61,113 bases of DNA from a bacterium (lineage in GTDB: Bacteria; Patescibacteriota; Minisyncoccia; Phycocordibacterales; UBA9973): positions 1 to 61,113 of the forward strand of contig JAKBMK010000025.1 in assembly GCA_021831595.1 (NCBI GenBank), read 5' to 3'. This document shows positions 28,815 through 40,865 of this stretch, piece by piece. Position 1 is the first letter of the stretch. Each line of letters begins with the position of its first letter. Both the position numbers and the translations under genes were made by a program. The notes beneath the pieces were generated by a model, which was not told the DNA's origin, searched no databases, and saw nothing but the letters and a program-made list of their open reading frames with translations.

Positions 28815-29309
28815 ATGGATATGGATGTGAAAAAAGTAAATATTTATATAGATGGGAACAATCTTTATCGTTCAGCAAAAGAGCTCGGTTATGAAATAGA
28901 TTATAAAAAGTTTAGAGTGTGGTTATCTCAAAAATATAATACAAAAAATATATTTCTTTTTATTGGATATTTAGAAAATAGGAAAGATTTTTATAATCAT
29001 TTGAAAAATTGTGGTTTTAATTTGATATTTAAGGAAGCTATTCTTCATGAAGGAAATATTAAAGGTAATTGTGACGCTGAATTAGTATTAAAATCAGTTG
29101 ATGATTATCATTTGAAAAACTTTGATAAATTTATATTGATTTCAAATGATGGTGATTTTGGATGTTTAATAGAATTTTTAATAAATAAAAATTGTTTTGA
29201 TATTATACTATCACCTGATATAAGTAAATGTTCTATATTGTTAAGAAATAAAACAAATAAGATTTTATATTTAAACGAAATTTATAAGAAATTTTCTAAA
29301 AGCAAGTAA
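28815..29309 (+). CDS. NYN domain (LabA/DUF88, PIN-like) nuclease
   Basis: YIDGNNL, KGNCDAELV and LISNDGDF acidic motifs. Confidence 0.9.
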   Translation: MDMDVKKVNIYIDGNNLYRSAKELGYEIDYKKFRVWLSQKYNTKNIFLFIGYLENRKDFYNHLKNCGFNLIFKEAILHEGNIKGNCDAELVLKSVDDYHLKNFDKFILISNDGDFGCLIEFLINKNCFDIILSPDISKCSILLRNKTNKILYLNEIYKKFSKSK

Positions 29310-29321
29310 ATTACTTATCCC

Positions 29322-29391
29322 AAAAGAAAAAGCTCCCGGCATGGGCGCACCCATACAAGGATCTCTTTCATAATGATATAGGTATTATATA
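29322..29391 (-). ncRNA. Candidate small RNA convergent on the NYN gene
   Basis: Minus strand: TATAAT, then GAAAGAGATCC..ATGGG-TGCG-CCCAT..GGAGCTTTTTCTTTT. Confidence 0.55.
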
Positions 29392-29420
29392 CCAACGTGA
29401 CACCAGTGTCAAGACTATTT

Positions 29421-30716
29421 CTAATGCGTAAAGATTATTATTATCGTTCGTAATATTATTCCGAAATCGATGAAGATATTTCTGTTCTTTATATAATATA
29501 AATCGTATTCAAACTTTTCTTTTGAATCTTCGATTGTATTTGCATAGCGGTATTTTATTTGAGCCCAGCCGGTGAATCCTGGGCGGATGATGTGGCGGAG
29601 ATTGTAGTGGGGGATCTTGCCTTCGAGAGGAGTGACGAATTCTGGGCGCTCTGGACGGGGACCGACGAGCGAAAGATCGCCACGGAGTATATTTATCATT
29701 TGCGGAATTTCGTCGATGTGGAGCTTGCGGATGACTCTGCCGACCCGAGTGACACGAGGGTCGGATGCTCCTGTGGCCCAGACGGCGCCATCCTTCTCGG
29801 CGTTTATCGTCATAGAGCGAAGCTTGTAAAGCCTGAATATATTGCCATTGAGTCCAACTCTATTTTGAGTATAGAAGATTGGACCTTTGTCGTTTAGATA
29901 TATGAACACTCCACTGACAAGCAATATAGGTGAGCAGAGTACTAGTATGATGATAGCGAACAACTTATTCACAATAAACGTCATTATATTGTAGGCGACG
30001 TCTTTCTTTATATTTATATTCTCTACAACGAAAGACATATCGATATACCCAACAGGAATTTTGAATAGATATTTCTCATAAGCTTTGGCTGTGTCGATGA
30101 TGGAGCATCCTTGCTTGTATAGTTCCAAAATCTTTTCGTCTGGAGAGTCTATTTTCTTGTCTAGGATTATCACCAAATTTTTTGTAATTTTCTCTACTGA
30201 CTTCATCTCATTCATACTGTCTAGATGACTTACGATCGAGAGCCCGATCTGAGGATTTGCTTTTATCGTATTCTCTAATTCTTTCAGATAAGTAGAAGTC
30301 CCGACGAGAATTACCGGCTGTGTTATGCCCTTGGCGAAAAGGGTATAGATAGTTCTACGAAAGAAGAAAGAAAAGAAACCGAACAGAACGACCTGGATCA
30401 AGAGGTTCATCTTTGGATAAATACCGAATATAGGGGCTAGGTAGAATAGGATCAAGCCGACGACGAAGGAGGAGGCCAGGGCTAGGGCCCATCTCTTCAT
30501 ATAGGGGATAGTAGGCTTTATCGTCACCAAGTCATATAGTCCAAATATATAGAAAATAAGCACCCAGATGAGATATAGGAGGAGGAATGGCACAGTATGA
30601 CTGTCGATAGCAGAAAGGTACTGGTCGGGAGAGAATCTTATGAAAATAAGCAATATAAAAGAGATGAGAAAAGATAGAAAATCTCCGAATATGATAAGCC
30701 AAGTTCTATTCGTCAT
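29421..30716 (-). CDS. Polyprenyl-phosphate sugar-1-phosphate transferase (WcaJ/WbaP-like)
   Basis: FRLYKLRSM, DPRVTRVGRVIRKLHIDEIPQ, SLVGPRPE and PGFTGWAQ. Confidence 0.95.
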   Translation of the reverse strand: MTNRTWLIIFGDFLSFLISFILLIFIRFSPDQYLSAIDSHTVPFLLLYLIWVLIFYIFGLYDLVTIKPTIPYMKRWALALASSFVVGLILFYLAPIFGIYPKMNLLIQVVLFGFFSFFFRRTIYTLFAKGITQPVILVGTSTYLKELENTIKANPQIGLSIVSHLDSMNEMKSVEKITKNLVIILDKKIDSPDEKILELYKQGCSIIDTAKAYEKYLFKIPVGYIDMSFVVENINIKKDVAYNIMTFIVNKLFAIIILVLCSPILLVSGVFIYLNDKGPIFYTQNRVGLNGNIFRLYKLRSMTINAEKDGAVWATGASDPRVTRVGRVIRKLHIDEIPQMINILRGDLSLVGPRPERPEFVTPLEGKIPHYNLRHIIRPGFTGWAQIKYRYANTIEDSKEKFEYDLYYIKNRNIFIDFGIILRTIIIIFTH

Positions 30717-30822
30717 ATGAAGACATTCTAGCACAAAAGGCGGGAATATAGCACCGTTTTGACATTTTGGGATAGAAGGAATATTCTCTATATGAAATCA
30801 AACATTCAAATAAACTCAAGAT

Positions 30823-31170
30823 ATGGAAAGAGATGAAAAAGAACAGAGCGACGAGATTTACCGTGGGTTCATGGAAACAGTTGAAGCCATGGTAAAAGCT
30901 TCGAAAGGCAAGCTCACTCTAGTCATAGAAGAGGACGAACACTTCCTACAGCTTCTTTCTGAAAGAGAGATGCATAGCGTAGAACATTTCGTTCGTCTTT
31001 CCCTAAAAGACAAGATGGGTCGGGCTCTGCCGGAATTCTATCTGATGGTCAATTCATATCAGTACGATTGTCCCAAGGAAGTGGCAGCAGGTAAGGCTCG
31101 TCTAAAAGAGCTCGGCAATGTCATCCTCGATGACAAGTATCAACTAAGCTGGAACCAGCTTTTCCGTTAA
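30823..31170 (+). CDS. Hypothetical protein
   Basis: 115-aa ORF with an upstream TTGACA promoter-like site and a downstream hairpin. Confidence 0.6.
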   Translation: MERDEKEQSDEIYRGFMETVEAMVKASKGKLTLVIEEDEHFLQLLSEREMHSVEHFVRLSLKDKMGRALPEFYLMVNSYQYDCPKEVAAGKARLKELGNVILDDKYQLSWNQLFR

Positions 31171-31231
31171 CAAACATACCCCAGAGGCTAAACCTTTGGG
31201 GTAAATTTGTATGATTTATACCCCGCACTTT

Positions 31232-31250
31232 CCACAGGAATTGCCTGTGG
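31232..31250. repeat. REP-like hairpin family E
   Basis: CCACAGG-AATTG-CCTGTGG. Confidence 0.7.
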
Positions 31251-31339
31251 GGAGGGTGGGGAGACTTGGATTTGACAAAAATGATATTATATAATATAAT
31301 AAGAGCGAGTTAACATTTTTGTTCATTAAATTAAAAGTT

Positions 31340-31870
31340 ATGAGGTACATGGTTTTTTTGTTTGTCTTTATTTTTTCACCAGTTATGAGCATCACAACTG
31401 GAAGTCATGGAAGCCTAAAGACAGATAAACTAATGGAGTTGCGGACTGATATGAAGCCCGTAGCCCCCAAAACTGTAGAGGATAGTATAAAAGAGGTTTT
31501 TTCTAATTGGCAGGTTGCCAGTGCTTCTTTTTATGACAGCAAAGACTCCACGCAAACCAGAGAGGATGCGGATGGGGTAGGTGCTTTTGGACGTACGATA
31601 AAGTCAGGGTCCATAGCACTAGGTTCTTCCTTTGCAGAAATTTTTCGAGATAATGATTTGAGTGTTTATATTCAAATCAAAGATTTCAACATTGTTACAC
31701 CCTATGGAAAAGGAATTTTCCGAGTGGATGATATCATGGCTTCCAAGCACAACAGGAAGGGGAAATTTCGTATTGATTTTAATCAAGACGATCTCAACAC
31801 TCATTACAAGCGGAAAGGACGCTTTAAAGTAAAATTTAGAATCCTTAAAATCGAAACAGTTGGTGAATAG
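31340..31870 (+). CDS. Secreted protein, possible 3D/RlpA-like double-psi beta-barrel domain
   Basis: Signal-like N-terminus, ASASFYD...GAFG...GSIALG...FRVDD...RIDF. Confidence 0.55.
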   Translation: MRYMVFLFVFIFSPVMSITTGSHGSLKTDKLMELRTDMKPVAPKTVEDSIKEVFSNWQVASASFYDSKDSTQTREDADGVGAFGRTIKSGSIALGSSFAEIFRDNDLSVYIQIKDFNIVTPYGKGIFRVDDIMASKHNRKGKFRIDFNQDDLNTHYKRKGRFKVKFRILKIETVGE

Positions 31871-31914
31871 CCAACTGTTTTTTCATTATAAAATAAATAT
31901 GATATAGTATAAAT

Positions 31915-32058
31915 ATGATTAACAAAAGTTCTATTAAGGTTATACTCGCATTCACAGGAATGATATTACTAGGGCTCATATCCCTAGTCGTTTTGGACTC
32001 ATACAAGGGGGATTCGCTCGATAATACTGCCAAAGCGGGGAGTGGTTTGACAAAATAG
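31915..32058 (+). CDS. Small 47-aa membrane protein (not in ORF track)
   Basis: MINKSSIKVILAFTGMILLGLISLVVLDSYKGDSLDNTAKAGSGLTK, with a TATAGT box just upstream. Confidence 0.55.
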   Translation: MINKSSIKVILAFTGMILLGLISLVVLDSYKGDSLDNTAKAGSGLTK

Positions 32059-32082
32059 GATTATTTGATAGTATGGTTTTGT

Positions 32083-32225
32083 AGCCGTAGAAAGCAGGCA
32101 ATCTATGATTGTCCCGACGAAAGGAGGGGTGACATACGATAGAGGTCCTGCCGAGGTCGAAAACGATTTTTTTGATTATATCAAAAAATTGTCTACGCAA
32201 GCGGCCCATAAGGGCCTTTTTTATT
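32083..32225 (+). promoter_or_regulatory. L10 leader (rplJL autoregulatory RNA) with downstream terminator
   Basis: Promoter TTGACA (32047)/TG-TAGTAT, then CCGTAGAAAGCAGG...CCTGCCGAGG and GGCCC-ATAA-GGGCC-TTTTTT, upstream of rplJ. Confidence 0.7.
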
Positions 32226-32265
32226 AGAAATTAATGAAGCCAGCAGGCGATTATAATTTCTTATA

Positions 32266-32551
32266 ACCCTGTTAAATGATTTTAAATCTATGAAGAAGTT
32301 CTATTACATATATGTACTTCGTTCAGGTAAGGATAGTAATTTTTACGTTGGATATACAGAAGATTTAAAATCACGATTTAAGGAACATACAAGCGGTAAC
32401 GTTATCTCGACAAGAGAACGTCGGCCATTAGAAATAATTTATTCTGAGGCGTGTTTAAGTAAGAAAGATGCTCTTCACAGAGAAAAGTACTTAAAAACGT
32501 ATCACGGTAAATTATTTCTAAGGAATAGACTTAAATCGTATTTAACAGGGT
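32266..32551. mobile_element. TIR-bounded GIY-YIG element #1
   Basis: ACCCTGTTAAAT ... ATTTAACAGGGT, a perfect 12-bp IR tightly enclosing the gene. Confidence 0.75.
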
Positions 32552-32553
32552 AA
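32290..32553 (+). CDS. Small GIY-YIG nuclease #1
   Basis: YIYVL...FYVGYT..L..RFKEH...REKYLK. Confidence 0.92.
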   Translation: MKKFYYIYVLRSGKDSNFYVGYTEDLKSRFKEHTSGNVISTRERRPLEIIYSEACLSKKDALHREKYLKTYHGKLFLRNRLKSYLTG

Positions 32554-32592
32554 TGATTTTTATATTTCGTTTCACTTCATTAAAAATTCATT

Positions 32593-33081
32593 ATGCCAAT
32601 TACATTAGAAAAAAAGAAAGAATTAGTAGCTGGTTTAGAGAAAGCACTTAAAGATGCTAAATCTGTTGTTTTTGTGAAATTTGATAAATTGACAGTAGCT
32701 GACAACAACGCACTTCGCCGCACTTTGCAGAAAGAAGATGTAGGTTATACAGTAGCAAAGAAAACTTTGCTCAAGCGCGCACTTTCTACTTTCGGAATTA
32801 CAGGAGACGCTCCAGAGATTCCAGGTCAGATAGCTGTTGCTTATAGTACTGATCTACTAGCAAGTTCACGTGGAATCTTTGACTTCCAAAAGGGGCACAA
32901 AGAGAATGTAGCAATCGTTGGAGGAGTTTTCGAAGGCAAATATATGTCTGCCGCAGAAATGACTTCAATCGCAACTATTCCTCCACTACAAACTTTGCGT
33001 GGAATGTTCGTCAATATCATCAACTCACCAATACAGCGTTTTGCAAGTGTGCTTGATCAAGTCGCACAGACTAAAGGTTAA
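32593..33081 (+). CDS. rplJ: 50S ribosomal protein L10
   Basis: LTV...LRR...VAKKTLLKRAL and GGVFEG, upstream of rplL. Confidence 0.96.
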   Translation: MPITLEKKKELVAGLEKALKDAKSVVFVKFDKLTVADNNALRRTLQKEDVGYTVAKKTLLKRALSTFGITGDAPEIPGQIAVAYSTDLLASSRGIFDFQKGHKENVAIVGGVFEGKYMSAAEMTSIATIPPLQTLRGMFVNIINSPIQRFASVLDQVAQTKG

Positions 33082-33090
33082 ATTTATGGA

Positions 33091-33212
33091 TCCCGTATGA
33101 AATCGCGGACGCGAATAATTCGGGAAACATTGTTATTATTAAAAAATTAATTTAAAAATGGGATTGTTGATTTAATAAATTATTTTAAGTCCGCGTCCTA
33201 TTTCATTCGGGA
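33091..33212. mobile_element. 122-bp MITE-like element at the rplL start codon
   Basis: TCCCGTATGAAAT-CGCGGAC ... GTCCGCG..ATTTCATTCGGGA, with ATGGA on both sides. Confidence 0.82.
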
Positions 33213-33604
33213 TGGAAGAAACAAAAGTAACAGTTCCTGCAAAATTCAAGGACATCGTTGCAACAATCGAAGCAATGTCAGTTATTGATTTACACGAACT
33301 AGTAAAAGTATTAGAAGAAAAGTTTGGAGTTTCAGCACAAGCTGCAGTAGCAGCAGCTCCAGCAGCAGGTGCAGGTGAAGCAGCAGAAGAGAAGAGTACA
33401 TTCACAGTTGAACTTACAGCTGCAGGTGAACAAAAGATTGCAGTTATGAAAGTTGTTAAAGAAGTTTTGGCTCTTGGACTCAAGGAAGCTAAAGACCTCG
33501 TTGACGGCGCACCATCAGTTCTTAAGGATGGTATGAAGAAGGAAGAAGCTGAAGATTTCAAGAAGAAAATCGAAGAAGCAGGTGGTAAAGTGACTTTGAA
33601 GTAA
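33212..33604 (+). CDS. rplL: 50S ribosomal protein L7/L12
   Basis: [19 protein letters not shown] and [14 protein letters not shown]. Confidence 0.98.
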   Translation: MEETKVTVPAKFKDIVATIEAMSVIDLHELVKVLEEKFGVSAQAAVAAAPAAGAGEAAEEKSTFTVELTAAGEQKIAVMKVVKEVLALGLKEAKDLVDGAPSVLKDGMKKEEAEDFKKKIEEAGGKVTLK

Positions 33605-33651
33605 TCTTCAAAGTCATCCTGACATCAATAGATGGAAGGGTTACTCATCGG

Positions 33652-33688
33652 AAAGAGCCCCGCAAGCGAAGCTTGCGGGGCTCTTTTT
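33652..33688 (+). terminator. Terminator after rplL
   Basis: AAAGAGCCCCGCAAGC-GAA-GCTTGCGGGGCTCTTTTT. Confidence 0.8.
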
Positions 33689-33716
33689 CTTGGCGTATAC
33701 TATAGGCGGATATGGA

Positions 33717-33991
33717 TCACGTATGAAATTCCTATGTTTTATACTTATGTACTACAGAGTAAAAAAAATGGAAGTTTGTATATCGGATATACGGGTGATT
33801 TACGAAAACGTTTTAAAGAACATAACGATAATAAGTCAACTTATACTCGGAACCGTGGACCATATGAAATTATTTATTACGAGTCGTGTCTAAACAAAGA
33901 TGACGCTCGGTCGAGAGAATTATATTTAAAAACAGGAATGGGAAGACGATATTTAAACGCACGTTTAAAACGTTTTCTATTTCATACGTGA
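33717..33991. mobile_element. TIR-bounded GIY-YIG element #2 at a start codon
   Basis: TCACGTATGAAAT ... ATTTCATACGTGA, a perfect 13-bp IR with ATGGA on both sides. Confidence 0.85.
33734..33991 (+). CDS. Small GIY-YIG nuclease #2
   Basis: MFYTYVLQS...LYIGYT.DL.KRFKEHN...RELYLKTG. Confidence 0.92.
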   Translation: MFYTYVLQSKKNGSLYIGYTGDLRKRFKEHNDNKSTYTRNRGPYEIIYYESCLNKDDARSRELYLKTGMGRRYLNARLKRFLFHT

Positions 33992-34608
33992 TGGAAACAC
34001 TAGCAAAACTTTTCGGGGGTGGGGCACGGGTCAGAATAATGCGCCTATTTTTACTAAACAACGAGACGTCTTTCGAGATCGAGGATGTCGTCAGTCGAAC
34101 CAGAGTGACGAAAGCTAATTCTCGTAAGGAGGTAAACGCTCTTCTGGCTATGAACTTTATAAAGCAGAAAATGGTAACTCATGAAGGTTCTCGTGGTGCC
34201 AAGAAGAAAGTTCCTACATACCAACTCAATCCACACTTCCCTTATATAAATTCTATTCGCGATTTACTCGTAGATCCATCGCTTCTCCTTCGCGAAGATT
34301 TGTCGGCACGATTCAAGCAAGTAGGGAAGATAAAGCTCATGATTGTCTCTGGAATATTCATAGGGAGCGACAAGAGTCGAGCAGATATACTAGTAGTAGG
34401 AGACAAGCTCAAGAAGAACGTCATACAGCAGATCATAAAGGGTCTGGAATCCGAGATAGGCAAAGAGCTCAATTATGTGGTTCTAGAATCGGATGAATTC
34501 AAATATAGAATAGATATGTATGACAAGCTCGTCTGCGACATCCTAGACTGGCCACATGAGAGGATTATAGACAACGGGCAGTTATCCACATATATATCTA
34601 AAAAATAA
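33991..34608 (+). CDS. HTH domain protein with nucleotidyltransferase-like C-terminus (putative regulator)
   Basis: LAKLFGGGARVRIMRLFLLN and SGIF...ADILVVGD...ESEIGKELNY. Confidence 0.65.
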   Translation: METLAKLFGGGARVRIMRLFLLNNETSFEIEDVVSRTRVTKANSRKEVNALLAMNFIKQKMVTHEGSRGAKKKVPTYQLNPHFPYINSIRDLLVDPSLLLREDLSARFKQVGKIKLMIVSGIFIGSDKSRADILVVGDKLKKNVIQQIIKGLESEIGKELNYVVLESDEFKYRIDMYDKLVCDILDWPHERIIDNGQLSTYISKK

Positions 34609-34686
34609 AAGAGATGATATAATAATAAGGTATTCCACTAGGTCGAAACTTTGTGAATACCTTATTATTTTTTTATATAATTTATT

Positions 34687-35376
34687 ATGACATTTTTAGA
34701 AAACTTAGGATTAGTATTTCAAGGTTCACTTTTGGATCTTTGGTATGGCTTTATTAATTTCGTTCCAGGACTATTGCTAGCAATAATTCTATTTATCGTT
34801 GGATGGGTAGTTGGATCAGTATTGGGTAAAGCTGTAGCGCAACTAATCTCTGCGCTCAAAGTTGATAATCTTTTTGAAAGTGCAGGAGCAGAAGAAGTAA
34901 TGACAAGAATGGGAATGAAACTCAATCTTGGAAAATTCTTTGGATTGGTTGTAAAGTGGTTCATCATTATCGTATTCTTGATGGCTTCACTACAAATAGT
35001 CGGACTCACACAAGTTAACGACTTCCTCAAAGAAGCAGTAGTACTCTACTTGTCAAAGGTTATCATTGCAGCTATCGTTCTAATCATTGCTACTATTATT
35101 GCTGACGCAATGCAAAAGCTCGTTGTCGCTTCTTCAAAAGCAGCACATATAACTTCTGCACATATGCTAGGATCAATTACTCGCTACGCTATCTGGGGCT
35201 TTGCAATAATCATTGCTATCTCTGAATTAGGTATCGCTGCAGCATTTATGCAGATACTCTTCACAGGATTAATCGCAGCTCTTGCTCTAGCCTTGGGTCT
35301 TGCATTTGGTCTCGGTGGAAGAGATGCAGCAGCTCGCGCTATCGATGGTATCTCAAAAGAGATGTCTGGCAAGTAA
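34687..35376 (+). CDS. Conserved TM-helix repeat protein (MscS-associated/CmpX-like)
   Basis: FVPGLLLAIILFIVGW and ALGLAFGLGGRDAA. Confidence 0.82.
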   Translation: MTFLENLGLVFQGSLLDLWYGFINFVPGLLLAIILFIVGWVVGSVLGKAVAQLISALKVDNLFESAGAEEVMTRMGMKLNLGKFFGLVVKWFIIIVFLMASLQIVGLTQVNDFLKEAVVLYLSKVIIAAIVLIIATIIADAMQKLVVASSKAAHITSAHMLGSITRYAIWGFAIIIAISELGIAAAFMQILFTGLIAALALALGLAFGLGGRDAAARAIDGISKEMSGK

Positions 35377-35479
35377 AAGATTTTGAAATTAAAGAAGATA
35401 AAAAGCCCGCAGGATTACCGGCGGGCTTTTTAGATGCTATAATAGTATTGTTATATATTAATAATCTAATTTTATTTAC

Positions 35480-36040
35480 ATGAACAAAAACAAAGGATTT
35501 ATAGGTCTCGGTCTAATACTAGTAATTGTTCTAGGAGCACTAGTCGTCGGTGGGGGAGCGTATTATTTGGGGAAGAGTAGTAACAAATTAGAAGTTATAA
35601 AAGAAGAAAATATTCCACCAAATACTGAAAATAAAAATTTGCCAATTGTTGAAAATAAAGTAAAAGATATTCCAGAAGAAACTGGGGAGTATGGGGATGA
35701 TAAGAATGGAAGACATATTGGTTATATAAAAAAGATTGATGAAAAAAACAATTTGTCTATTGATTATGTTCAATGGATTAGCCCTTGTGCTCCAGATGCT
35801 CTAGATTGTCAAAATGGGTTTAAGACTAAAAATAGCAGTAATCAGTTGAGAGTATTTCCAGTATTAGATAATGTACAAATAAAACTACAGACATATGGGC
35901 ATGATAGTTCGGGTAGTCTTATTTGGAATCAAGTTGTTTCTTTCTCTGTGTTTAAAACAGCTCTGAATGTGGATTTATTATATTGGATCACATTAAAGGA
36001 TGGAAAAGTTGTTGAGATTACCGAGCAATACCAAGCATAG
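35480..36040 (+). CDS. Exported protein with pilin-like N-terminus
   Basis: MNKNKG|FIGLGLILVIVLG, a class III-like signal that lacks E5. Confidence 0.65.
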   Translation: MNKNKGFIGLGLILVIVLGALVVGGGAYYLGKSSNKLEVIKEENIPPNTENKNLPIVENKVKDIPEETGEYGDDKNGRHIGYIKKIDEKNNLSIDYVQWISPCAPDALDCQNGFKTKNSSNQLRVFPVLDNVQIKLQTYGHDSSGSLIWNQVVSFSVFKTALNVDLLYWITLKDGKVVEITEQYQA

Positions 36041-36150
36041 ACAAGTAGAAGATGAGATCGGATGATATGATAATTTAAGCTTTAAAATAAAGGGGAATTG
36101 GGGCCGGCGACAGTAGTCGCCGGCCCTTTCCTTTTTCTCCCCAGAAACGC

Positions 36151-36177
36151 TTGACTTTATTTTCACTTTCATATAAT
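36151..36177 (+). promoter_or_regulatory. Sigma70-like promoter of the 23S-5S unit
   Basis: TTGACT...TATAAT directly after a terminator hairpin (about 36100-36135). Confidence 0.6.
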
Positions 36178-36480
36178 ATACGAATCACGATGTTAATGAA
36201 CAAAAATCACCAAGTAAAGCGGTTAAAGTAAGACCAATTGGTTTCGCTTTGTCCGCCAAAAGGCGGATTTTTCTTTTAAAGACATCGAGAATGATATTTG
36301 AAAACTGAATGCTGTTCCGACTCACTGTTATCCTTTATTTTAGAGGGTCTTTTGAATCGAGTCGGAAACAGAACACAACAATAATAGATGTATAAGCACA
36401 GAAGGAAGCGGTTCCTGAGAGTGTTTACATCGGATCATGTTTTGCCCTAGAGACAGAGCATGATCGTTTTTAAATTTCCT

Positions 36481-39945
<3,465 letters not shown>

Positions 39946-40057
39946 GGAAATTTGGAAATTATTATTGTTGTGTCAGCATTCAGTTTTCAGATATTATTTG
40001 TATCTGAGAAAGGTCGCCTTCGCGTAAAGCTACGGCGAACCGAAGTTGAAAATTTTG

Positions 40058-40166
40058 TGTTGGTGATTTGATATGGTGGTCACACCTGTTCTCATTCCGA
40101 ACACAGAAGTTAAGCACCATTATGCCGATGATACTCTTTATGGGGAAAGTAGGTTGTCGCCAGCAC
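40058..40166 (+). rRNA. rrf: 5S rRNA
   Basis: CACCTGTTCTCATTCCGAACACAGAAGTTAAG...GAAAGTAGGTTGTCGCCAGCA, with paired ends. Confidence 0.95.
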
Positions 40167-40294
40167 AAAGTTTTTAACTCACAAAAAACACCTAGAAATA
40201 GGTGTTTTTTGCTACTCATCTTGATTTTTGGAATATTTCGTGTTATTATATGAGTAATTAAGCACATTTGTAAAACAAACAAATATTTTTTTGC

Positions 40295-40765
40295 ATGGCA
40301 AATTTTCGTAAAGCGACTTATGCGACCTGGCAAGAAGCAAGTGATGTAGTAAAGAAATTTAATTTGGAAAGTGGAGATGATTATAGACTTAAATACGATA
40401 AGATAGATCCACTCCTTCCGTCAAATCCAAGAGTTTTTTATCCAGATTTTCCAGGGTGGAAAATATACTTGGGCAATAATTGTTACTGTTCTTGGCAGAA
40501 GTCCAGAGACGTATCAATTGCATCTGGCGTAACAAACTGGAAAGAATATCACGAGTTAAGACACAAAAACCGAAAACTTCGTTCGTGTCCAGCAGATATT
40601 TATTCTGATTTTGTGGGGTATAAGGATGCTTTTGATCCTTTTTCATTTACAAATTTACTGGTGGATTATATTAATCTACCACTTCTAGAAATAGAAGATT
40701 TGGTTTCTGTTGCGGGGAAAAAACTTGTCCTAGAAGAAGCAGAAGAATTTTCGATGTCATATTAG
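40295..40765 (+). CDS. Protein with two phage-integrase-repeat-like units
   Basis: Y.TWQEAS...Y...Y...DPLLPSNP..FY.DF.GW..YLG is repeated in degenerate form and resembles Pfam PF14882. Confidence 0.6.
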   Translation: MANFRKATYATWQEASDVVKKFNLESGDDYRLKYDKIDPLLPSNPRVFYPDFPGWKIYLGNNCYCSWQKSRDVSIASGVTNWKEYHELRHKNRKLRSCPADIYSDFVGYKDAFDPFSFTNLLVDYINLPLLEIEDLVSVAGKKLVLEEAEEFSMSY

Positions 40766-40865
40766 GCATTGTCATAAAATTTAAATGTATAGCACCTGTC
40801 CTATTTATGGATAGGTGTTTTCATTTGCTCTACCAGTTTGAAGTATTTTTTGCTATACTGTTTTT

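Noticed and set aside
28255-29615. Diverged repeat pair as a DGR template/variable region
   Set aside because: The differences are mostly synonymous and not adenine-specific, and there is no reverse transcriptase in the window.
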